Positions 55,012 through 63,122 of a stretch of DNA of 64,000 nt are shown here, piece after piece. Positions within the stretch are counted from its first letter, which is position 1, and every line of letters begins with the position of its first letter. The notes under the pieces were generated by a model, which searched no databases, had not been told where the DNA came from, and worked only from the letters and a program-made list of their open reading frames with translations. A program made the position numbers and the translations under genes. Source of the stretch: an uncultured virus (IMG/VR IMGVR_UViG_3300028888_000118) (Duplodnaviria > Heunggongvirae > Uroviricota > Caudoviricetes); IMG/VR virus record IMGVR_UViG_3300028888_000118; one strand, written 5' to 3'.

Positions 55012-55279
55012 TTTGTTATATCCTTTCATAAATAGTAAGCAAATATATCTTCATTGTACTCACGTACATTACTTGAACATGTTGGACACACACAATAGTA
55101 TCCAAATTTATACCAAATGTATCTATACTCATGCTTATTCGCATTAAAACGACATCCACACTCAAAACAGTAAAATTTCTTCCATTTAAGCTGATTGTTT
55201 ACAAAATCATCAAACGAACCATCTTTAATTACTTCAGGCATAACTACTACCCCCCACCTTGCCTGTAATCCTTATATAT

Positions 55280-55308
55280 AGTATAACACAAAATCGTAAA
55301 AAAGTCAA
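55280..55308 (-). promoter_or_regulatory. early/middle promoter upstream of the clamp-loader operon (hairpin at ~55324-55353)
   Basis: TTGACT-17-TGtTATACT. Confidence 0.8.
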
Positions 55309-57032
55309 GTGGTTTTATAAAAAATATCCGCAAAAATTAAGTTTTTGCGGATACTTAGTGTAATAGATCAGACAGTGTGCCAATATTCTTCACCATTGAT
55401 ACACGGGAGATACTTTACCTCTGCGTACAGCCTTTCTCCGTACTTGAAAGGACTATACGGAAGTGCGCGGGAACACCGGATGTAGAATTTTCCTTCATGC
55501 TCATAAATAGCACATTTTGCAGTGGCATCCCGACCGATATTTATTGTTGTCAGTGCTCTATACTTTTTCATATAATCAATCTCACTCCCAAATACTCTCA
55601 ATCCACTCTTCGCCGGAACCACACATCAATCTCCAATTGATGCCGTCCGGAATCTCAACTACCTTTAACTTACTGAACTTACTACTGCACCAATTAGAAC
55701 CAAAAGACTCCATCAGTTCAATGAGTTTAGGATCAGTTCTGAAATCCTCATCGTGTCTACCATCTTTCCACTCGTAGTAACTGCCCTCGTCACCGCAGTC
55801 AATGATCTCCGCGCCTAACATCTTAGCACACTCATCAGAAAAGCTAAAACAGCCCTTATACCTCTTGTTAATGACTATTTTCATACGCTACTCCTTTCTT
55901 AATGAAGTATCTGATTGTAACAATCTCACTATCGGTTGTTCCTACAAACACGCATCTGTATGCGGTCTTGCCTCCGTCTGTAGTCACCGTTTCACGGTGT
56001 ATACAACCAACCGGATAATCACAGTTCAGAAAAGTCTCCCAAGACTCACTACCGACTACCGGAATATTATCTGTTTCAACTGCAATATACTTTCTTCCAT
56101 TAATGGAGATCACAGTCATAATCAAACTCCTTTCAGCATTCAACCTCTGCAAGAATTTTCCGCAGTACATCATTCTTCTTGTAAAGTTTCTCGCGGTCAT
56201 CATCTGCAATGCTCCACACTTCCGCCTGTTTCTCGTTCTGTGCGATCATAGCACGTACTCTGTCAGGCTTTACGTTCGGAATATCCTGAACTCTCAATCC
56301 GATAATAGCAAGTTCTTTATCAGTCAGTTTATTCATAACAAACTCCTTTCAATCAATTTCCATGTAGCAGTACGTGTCATATCCTGCTTTCCGCAGTTCT
56401 TCTGTTACGGCTTCTGCAAATGCAGTCCTACGATCACCAATGCCACACGCTCTGCTGAACGTGAAATATCCAGTCTTTCCAAGAAAACGACCATCAAACT
56501 TAATCGCATAGAATCCTGCATCTTCTGCCGCTTTCTTTACCTTGTCTTCTGCACATCTAGGAAGAAACACACCCGCAGTATCAAAGTTCATAGAACCAGT
56601 TTCCGGAACTTCTTCAAGAACATGCTTTGCATTTTCATAAGCTGTGATAAGGTCTTTCGTAAGCTGTTCATATTTAGTCATTTTACTTACCGCCTTTCAT
56701 TAAGCCGCATAGAATCTTTCTTTCAGTCGGGCTTCCTGTTCGCGTGTTTCCGGAATGTAATAATCATATTCATCAGCTTTGTTACCGTACTTAGTAACTT
56801 TGCAGTACCACCAACCATCTGGAAGCGCGATCTGCATCACATAGGCATTCTTGATTGCGTTGAATTCGCAATTCTTCATACCACCGACAATCGTATCATA
56901 AAGTCTCTTTTCGGTGAATTTCTCACCATTGAAATACCCGCCGATAGCCTGATCAAACAATCTCTTAGCAGTTTCTTTAAGAGTCATAAGATACCTCACT
57001 TTCTGATCACTCGTCATCTCTCTTACATATAT

Positions 57033-57061
57033 AGTATAGCATATTTGCAAGAAAATGTCAA
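57033..57061 (-). promoter_or_regulatory. early promoter (terminator at ~57086-57116)
   Basis: TTGACA-17-TGcTATACT. Confidence 0.85.
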
Positions 57062-57135
57062 GTAGTTTGCAGAAAATATATAGAAAAAATCCTCACAAAT
57101 AATATGTGAGGATTTTGTATAATATGTATAAACCA

Positions 57136-57474
57136 TCAATCTATATCTAACCACTCTACGAACTGTTTCATAACCCTATCATTGATAACATAATAATTTT
57201 CGCCGTCACCGAAATCAAACGCAAGAATCGGAAACTGCTTCCCCATTGCAAAACACTGTTCTTCGATCTTATCAAGCCATTCCTTCTTAATAGAAACGGA
57301 CTTCACTTCCGATTCTCGTGTTTTACACTCAATCAGACAATTATTAGATACTACATCACCTTTAAGGAATGCACTTGATCCACTACTTGTTTGAACTTTG
57401 GCATTCAATGCTTTAGCAGTACGTTTTTCATGACGATCACTATAATACCTTGTACTGTTCTTATTGTTTACCAT
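57136..57474 (-). CDS. PD-(D/E)xK nuclease, Holliday-junction-resolvase-like
   Basis: HEK..AK...SG....KGDV....LIECKT....SIKKEWL. Confidence 0.75.
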   Translation of the reverse strand: MVNNKNSTRYYSDRHEKRTAKALNAKVQTSSGSSAFLKGDVVSNNCLIECKTRESEVKSVSIKKEWLDKIEEQCFAMGKQFPILAFDFGDGENYYVINDRVMKQFVEWLDID

Positions 57475-58844
57475 AATTAATCACCACTAATAGCGCAACG
57501 TAATTCCTCAGACTTTTCGTGAATCAGTTTCATCAGTCTAAGTTGCTCTTTTGCATACGGACTTTCCAATATTTGAACAGTGTCATCTTTATTCAACTTA
57601 TCCGTAACCTCGTCAAGTTCATTTTGCAATGCATGAATCTCATTATTAAGATCACTCACACGCGAACTAAGTTCGCTATTTACTGCAACTTTCATAACTA
57701 ATACACCTACAATTAAAACTTTTTCAGGTATTCTGTAATGCTATCAGTTGTGGATTCAAGGAAATCAATATAGTCACAAATATCATTTCGTTCATCTTCA
57801 ATCCGGTGCGCTCTATCAAGTACAATAGATTCAAGATAATTTAGGAATGACCGGATAATCTTCTTACGTACAATAAGTTCTCCGGTACACTCATCATATT
57901 CGTCATCCGGCTTACAGATAGTTTCGGCAGTAATAGTTGTCATAATACTATTCCTATTCAGCGCATCTCTAACCCAATTAGGAAAATATCTGCTATTGCG
58001 AAGTGAGTTTGGAATATTGTCATATCTTACCGCACACTTAGCAACCGTCTTATGAAGACCATCTTTTGTTTCACCGCTGTAAAACTTAATGTCAAGCGGC
58101 GTTCCCTTACCTAGCTTCTTCATTGTTTTTCCTCCTACAATACATTTCACAATCTTCTTTGTTCATATAAAACAGGGGATTCCCTGATTCTATGCAAGTA
58201 TTATCACTAATAGGATTTACAATAATAGTTTTACCATTATCAACGTAGTAAAATACATTGTTTATATTATATGCTGTAACTTCTACTACTCGATATTTCG
58301 GGATATCATAAAAACATTCACAGGCTTTATAATTATCGTCAATACCGTCATTCTCTACTTTTACAAATCCAGTTGATCTGCATTCTTTACAAAATCCAGA
58401 ATGTTTAACAAAATACAATTCAGGTTTATACAAAGTTACAGTACATGCGTTATGCGTGAATTCAGTATCTACAATATAATCATATACTGTATCACTTTGA
58501 TCCGGAGTATTATCAGTATTATCGTTGCTTCGATCATTATTCAATTCTTCATATTCCTGTATGAACTGTTTTGCAAATTCTGCAATCTTATCAAATGTTT
58601 TTATATAATCAGGTTCAGTTGGATTAAACATACTAACAACACCTACCAAAATCAATATAGTTTTTCGGAATCCGGCGCAGATAACGCTCAATATTATCCA
58701 CGCCAGACAGAAGCATTTCGCTTCTTTCACCAAAGGTGTTGTTCCGACAGCTATCTTTTATGTACAAAGGAGGCACACATGTCTATTGTGGCAAGTTAAG
58801 AATAAAAGAAACTACAAAGATAGCAAAGTTTTCTTTTATTTGAG

Positions 58845-58918
58845 TGGGCTTGCCGGGACTCGAACCCGGAATCTGCTGGTTATGAGCCAGTAGCGTTGAC
58901 CGATTGCGCCACAAGCCC
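58845..58918 (-). tRNA. tRNA with CAT anticodon (probably Ile2; Met not excluded)
   Basis: GGGCTTG acceptor, CTCATAA loop, GGTTCGAGTCC. Confidence 0.85.
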
Positions 58919-58921
58919 TTA

Positions 58922-59130
58922 TGATACCCAAAAAGAGAATTGAACTCCTATCAACCGCTTTCTCACATACAATACAAAATCTATTCAGATTGTATTAATG
59001 TCTGCGCGGATTTTGTACGCAGAATTTCATATTTTCATACGAAAATATACCTTACCTGAGTGTGTCTACCGCCTACAGAAGTAGGTCTTATGCATACTTT
59101 CTCGGTCTAATGACGTTGAGCCGCCATATA
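58922..59130 (-). ncRNA. candidate structured RNA with tRNA-like 3' end
   Basis: T-arm AGGAG-TTCAATT-CTCTT then TTTGGGT-A-TCA; three internal hairpins; no standard anticodon arm. Confidence 0.45.
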
Positions 59131-59145
59131 AAATATAATCATTAT

Positions 59146-59220
59146 TGGTGTGGGATAGGAGAGTTGAACTCCCATCTCCTGCTTGGAAGGCAGGAATAAT
59201 AGCCGTTATACCAATCCCAC
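59146..59220 (-). tRNA. tRNA-Gly(TCC)
   Basis: CCTGC-CTTCCAA-GCAGG; encoded CCA. Confidence 0.92.
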
Positions 59221-59429
59221 ATTTATAACTAATGAAATCATGTAATGTAAACCATCATAGATTCTCCTGCAAATTTCTTATAGTGCGAATTATTATAAAG
59301 TTCTTTATGACGGATTTTCTTATTCCATAATCTCTTAAACATTTTTCTGGATGTCTTTTCTCCGTCTTTAATCCACCACTTGTATTTAGAGCCTTTCATA
59401 ATTCACACTCCTTTTGTTATTTAATATGA

Positions 59430-59512
59430 CGGTGTGGGTGGGATTTGAACCCACAACCCTACACGGGCGACTGTTTTCAAGACAGCTTATCTTCCCCACT
59501 GACAACCACACC
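59430..59512 (-). tRNA. tRNA-Ser(TGA)
   Basis: GCTGT-CTTGAAA-ACAGT, long variable arm, G73; atypical D arm. Confidence 0.85.
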
Positions 59513-59523
59513 ATGTTAAATGA

Positions 59524-59607
59524 TGCTACTGACGGGACTTGAACCCGTACTCCGCATCCGGAAGGGGATTTTAAGTCCCCCGCGTCTGCCAATTCCACCA
59601 CAGTAGC
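59524..59607 (-). tRNA. tRNA-Leu(TAA)
   Basis: GGGGA-CTTAAAA-TCCCC, long variable arm. Confidence 0.93.
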
Positions 59608-59611
59608 ATAA

Positions 59612-59684
59612 TCGGAGTGACAGGATTTGAACCTGCGACATTCTGGTCCCAAACCAGACGCGCTACCGACTGCGCTACACCCCG
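59612..59684 (-). tRNA. tRNA-Pro(TGG)
   Basis: CGGGGTG acceptor, TCTGG-TTTGGGA-CCAGA. Confidence 0.93.
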
Positions 59685-59712
59685 ACATATATAATAAATA
59701 TTTGTTAAATGA

Positions 59713-59794
59713 TGCGCCTGACAGGACTTGAACCTGCACGGATTTCTCCACCAGAACCTAAATCTGGCGCGTATGCCAATTTCGCCACAGGCGC
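59713..59794 (-). tRNA. tRNA-Leu(TAG)
   Basis: CCAGA-TTTAGGT-TCTGG, long variable arm. Confidence 0.93.
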
Positions 59795-59884
59795 GTATAA
59801 AATGTTGTGCTTACATGACAGCCTAGAGGTATTCCATACGATCATTAGATCAACCCGACAAACCTTTAATCTAGGATTTTGTAA

Positions 59885-59995
59885 AACTTTATCCTTTGTG
59901 CTTATAATGCTTAATCTTTATATATACCGTTTTCCAACGGTTTTTGAACTGTAAGATTTTAACTTTCAACTTTGAGATTTAATACTTGAACTTTA
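59885..59995 (-). repeat. 7-nt-periodic degenerate (Y)AAAGTT repeats
   Basis: taaagtt caagtat taaatct caaagtt gaaagtt aaaatct tacagtt caaaaac, a hairpin, then about five more units. Confidence 0.75.
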
Positions 59996-59996
59996 T

Positions 59997-60062
59997 ATGT
60001 CATATGTGGAGTCGAACCACACCGCCGGATTTCCAGTCCAGAGTTTTACCGAAATTATAACA
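59997..60062 (-). ncRNA. 66-nt miniature tRNA-like domain (GGA anticodon) inside the large ncRNA
   Basis: TGTTATA/TATGACA acceptor, CTGGA-CTGGAAA-TCCGG, TGTGG-TTCGACT-CCACA; reduced D arm and 3-nt variable loop. Confidence 0.7.
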
Positions 60063-60241
60063 TTCTTTCCTATTAAAGAAAGTTCAAATCTCCGTTACCT
60101 CAATTGTTGGCGAGGTTTCAGTGACTTATTAAATCTCTCTGTTAACGCACAAAGAAAGCGAATCTAAATTTATGGTTTTCGTCATGCAAGCACAATGTAT
60201 TTCAAAAATGCTTTCCTAACATTTCCGACAACTTTATTATA

Positions 60242-60892
60242 TCAGCACTCAAATTCAATTACTGTGGTAGCATTTGAAGTTGAGAGTGCCGCGTCAACTT
60301 TCGTGTTGAAGAAATCATATTCTTCTCTAAGTGCTGTGATTTTGTCCTGAACCTTATTCGGATCAATAAGATCAATTGTGTTTGCTTCGATGTAAGCGTT
60401 TCTTGCGGATTCAATCACATCAGCCTGAATACCTTCCTTGTTTCCAAAAAGTCCGGTAACGTAGCGATCTGCATAATCAGTAATTGCGTCATTAGTCTTC
60501 TTGATTGTGTTCATGCAAACCTTATATTGACTTGCAAGTGTGTTTGCGAGTTTCGCAACAAAGTCAATACCGACATTCCGGTACTCGATCAGTTCAGCAA
60601 CGGTCATTGTAACAGTTTCACCGTTATCTCGTGCAATCGTCACCTCTGTAATTGCATTGCTCTTTGTAATGGCTCTCTTAATGGCATTTCTTCTCCTAAT
60701 GAGGTCTTCCACCTTCTGCATTGCTGACTTCATGGATACACTGTAATCAGCAATACTCATACCATCAATTTTGGTATTTGAGTGCTTAGTAGTGTTTACG
60801 TAGACACTCTGAGACATTTCCTTCTCAATTCTGCTTGCAAGTGTTTTAAGTTCCGCAAGACCCTCGTGAACTGTCATTGTGTACTTCTGCAT
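60242..60892 (-). CDS. 216-aa alpha-helical/coiled-coil protein, ncRNA-associated candidate
   Basis: MTVHEGLAELK.L..RI, LI.RRNAIK.AI..SNA.T.V, TVAELIE, IDP, VDAALS.SNA.T.I; strong AGGAGG RBS. Confidence 0.8.
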   Translation of the reverse strand: MQKYTMTVHEGLAELKTLASRIEKEMSQSVYVNTTKHSNTKIDGMSIADYSVSMKSAMQKVEDLIRRRNAIKRAITKSNAITEVTIARDNGETVTMTVAELIEYRNVGIDFVAKLANTLASQYKVCMNTIKKTNDAITDYADRYVTGLFGNKEGIQADVIESARNAYIEANTIDLIDPNKVQDKITALREEYDFFNTKVDAALSTSNATTVIEFEC

Positions 60893-60942
60893 AATAAATT
60901 CCTCCTAAACTTTAATTCCTTACTAGCTTCTTGCTAGCATAA

Positions 60943-61018
60943 TGGTGGTTAGAGTCCGAGTCGAACGAACTTCTGCCGATTTTCAGTCGGCGGCACCAAC
61001 CGTGTATACCATCTAACC
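60943..61018 (-). tRNA. tRNA-Phe(GAA)
   Basis: GCCGA-CTGAAAA-TCGGC; encoded CCA. Confidence 0.88.
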
Positions 61019-61037
61019 GTTTCTTGATTACAATCAT

Positions 61038-61066
61038 AGTATAACATATTTTCTTAGTTTTGTCAA
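61038..61066 (-). promoter_or_regulatory. promoter for the tRNA-Phe / coiled-coil gene / ncRNA / tRNA operon
   Basis: TTGACA-17-TGtTATACT. Confidence 0.85.
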
Positions 61067-61403
61067 TACCTTTTCGTGCCAAAGTCATTACAAGTTTTCA
61101 TCTTGTTTTTGTGCAACATCACTAGACTGTAATTGATCAATAAGAGATTTAAGCCTTACAATCATTTCCTGCTTGTCATAAACAGAAATATCAAAATTCT
61201 CTGGAATAAAGATCATGTTCGGTTTCTTGTCTGATATACTTTCAATGTGTTTCTTGATAGCGTCACACATAGCATAAATTTCTGATTTGGTATATACTAA
61301 ATCTGTTTTACATGTTACGCACATTACTTCATTGTCTTTTGGTAAAGGTACATTTTTGAATTCAAATTCGTACATAATATCACACCTCTCGTTTATTTTG
61401 ATA

Positions 61404-61474
61404 AGGCAACAGTTGGATTTGAACCAACGATTACGGTGTTGCGGACCGCTGTGTTACCACTTCACTATGTTGCC
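61404..61474 (-). tRNA. tRNA-Cys(GCA)
   Basis: GCGGT-CCGCAAC-ACCGT (C at position 33), U73. Confidence 0.88.
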
Positions 61475-61513
61475 GTGATCACGCCTATTATTAATATCCT
61501 GAATAGGCACAGG

Positions 61514-61636
61514 TGTCTAATGACCTGCCGTTCTGTTTTTCCGTGACATAATACGCTATTAAAACATACTATGCGCCTTGACTATCCTAGACCGGATAGG
61601 TGGGAATCGAACCCACTCACGGGAACATACTAGACA
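61514..61636 (-). ncRNA. circularly permuted tRNA-like RNA (YrlA/Y-RNA-like layout)
   Basis: Closing stems, then T arm GTGGG-TTCGATT-CCCAC, loop-closed stem CTATCC-ggtcta-GGATAG and a 12-bp hairpin. Confidence 0.6.
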
Positions 61637-61638
61637 TT

Positions 61639-61714
61639 TGGTAGCGGATATCTGATTTGAACAGATGACATAATGCGTATGAAGCATTCACTCTACCAAC
61701 TGAGTTAATCCACC
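61639..61714 (-). tRNA. tRNA-Met(CAT), elongator type
   Basis: AATGC-TTCATAC-GCATT; encoded CCA. Confidence 0.88.
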
Positions 61715-61718
61715 AGAA

Positions 61719-61792
61719 CTCCCGCAGAGGGATTTGAACCCCCCGACAAAAAGATTAACAATCTTCTGCGCTACCGACTGCGCTATGCGGGA
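61719..61792 (-). tRNA. tRNA-Asn(GTT)
   Basis: TCCCGCA acceptor, GAAGA-TTGTTAA-TCTTT, G73. Confidence 0.92.
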
Positions 61793-61807
61793 TTATTTAT
61801 TTAATGA

Positions 61808-61880
61808 TGTGCCAAGAGGGGATCGAACCCTCGACCTTCCACTTAAAAGGCGGATGCTCTGCCAACTGAGCTATTGGCAC
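61808..61880 (-). tRNA. tRNA-Lys(TTT)
   Basis: TCCGC-CTTTTAA-GTGGA. Confidence 0.93.
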
Positions 61881-61899
61881 ATCAATTATACCGAATTTT

Positions 61900-62601
61900 T
61901 TACACAAGCATATCTTTAACTTTCTGATCACTGAGCCATGTAGGAAATTCTTTAAGCAAATCCTGATAAGTAATGTTTTCTGCCTTACTTACTGCAAAAA
62001 AGTCAGCATTATCCACGTACCGACCTTCCAGATTATCTAGGCTTTCCAGATAGCTAAACTTTGAATCACCGAGTCCTACAAATTGCCAGAAAATAGGTTT
62101 CTTTGCGGCTTCAATAATTGTTGCTGTTGTATCCGTTTTATCATTGTCGAAATTATCTCCATCTGTAATAAAAATAACATATACAGGCAACTTCTCATTT
62201 TTATAAAATTTAATGATATCTCCCATAACTGGGCTATAGTTTGTTCCGCCCATGCTCTTTCCTTTTGTTTCCCGCTTAATGTATCCGTCCAGATTATTCA
62301 GATTTGCATCTTTAAGTCTACGACAACTATCAGAAAAAAGCCACGTTTCCATACTACCATCATCATCAAAGTTCATTGCAAGCGGTAGCATTTTTTCAAC
62401 AACTCTCTGAACAGTTCCGTTGCTATACAACCAATCCATAGAACCGCTGTAATCAAGAACAAGTGCTACTTTTGCTTTGAGATCAATTAGTGGCTTCTTG
62501 TCAAGACATACTTTATGTACTTCCTCTTTTGCAAGATTCACTTTTTGTACAAGACTTGTTTCATCATTGTCTTTTTTCTTGAACATATCAAAAATTCCCA
62601 T
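61900..62601 (-). CDS. vWA-domain protein (TerF/TerY-type)
   Basis: MIDAS DYSGSM, FDDDG, GGTNY.PVM, FITDG, PIFWQFVG.G, LD.L.GR.VDNA.FF. Confidence 0.88.
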   Translation of the reverse strand: MGIFDMFKKKDNDETSLVQKVNLAKEEVHKVCLDKKPLIDLKAKVALVLDYSGSMDWLYSNGTVQRVVEKMLPLAMNFDDDGSMETWLFSDSCRRLKDANLNNLDGYIKRETKGKSMGGTNYSPVMGDIIKFYKNEKLPVYVIFITDGDNFDNDKTDTTATIIEAAKKPIFWQFVGLGDSKFSYLESLDNLEGRYVDNADFFAVSKAENITYQDLLKEFPTWLSDQKVKDMLV

Positions 62602-62631
62602 TATAAAATTCCTCCGTAGTTATTAAAATAG

Positions 62632-62705
62632 CATGGGAGCGAGGAATCGAACCCACTAATCTTGCAGTTTTGGAGACTGCCGTGCTACCATTACACTACT
62701 CCCCT
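62632..62705 (-). tRNA. tRNA-Trp(CCA), with acceptor and T-stem mismatches
   Basis: GCAGT-CTCCAAA-ACTGC. Confidence 0.8.
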
Positions 62706-63122
62706 ATGTTTAACTAATCGGTCGATCCGTCAGGATGATCTTCAAGCCACTCATAATAAAAATCAGCTTCATAATACCAATTTTCTTCTACTTGAATCCA
62801 ATGCCATTCAGCGTCAGAAAAATCATAGTTTTCAAACTCATAACCATAAATTTGATAATACTGCTCACTTTCGTTCATTGCTTCGATACGTGCAGTGTCC
62901 TTTGCTGTATTTCGGTTGTATGATTTTTTACGGTAATATTTTTTACCATGATTCATAACGCACCTCTTTATTGTTGTATCCGCTGTTCTATATCCAACCA
63001 TCTCCGCAGATATGGCGGCTCTTCATTATCCATATAATGCGAACTTCCGGTGTCCGAATGACACAGCGTAGGCAAGCGGCTTACCTATTTATAGATTATT
63101 ATAAATTATACAGTATGATTAT

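Larger units (their letters stand above)
59805..60195 (-). ncRNA. ~390-nt structured ncRNA directly downstream of the coiled-coil protein gene
   Basis: 15-bp terminal stem, pseudoknot-compatible pairings, heptad AAAGTT repeats, GGAA tetraloop, embedded tRNA-like domain. Confidence 0.7.

Noticed and set aside
59386..59954. ORFs 59386..59751 (-) and 59709..59954 (+)
   Set aside because: They overlap well-formed tRNA genes and the ncRNA; spurious.
59805..60195. The large ncRNA as RNase P RNA, tmRNA or a group I intron
   Set aside because: GACGAAAACC only loosely resembles the RNase P GAGGAAAGUCC and the 3' P4 motif is missing. There are no tmRNA termini or G3-U70 acceptor, and no recognisable intron core. 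A formal Rfam scan is still needed.
8340..61066. Recurrent ~45-bp repeats read as a CRISPR array
   Set aside because: They are kilobases apart and match sigmaA promoter consensus; there is no repeat-spacer periodicity and no cas gene.
59118..63021. 12-bp inverted match ATATGGCGGCTC at 59118-59129 and 63010-63021
   Set aside because: A single short match with no dedicated invertase nearby or orientation switch; compatible with chance.
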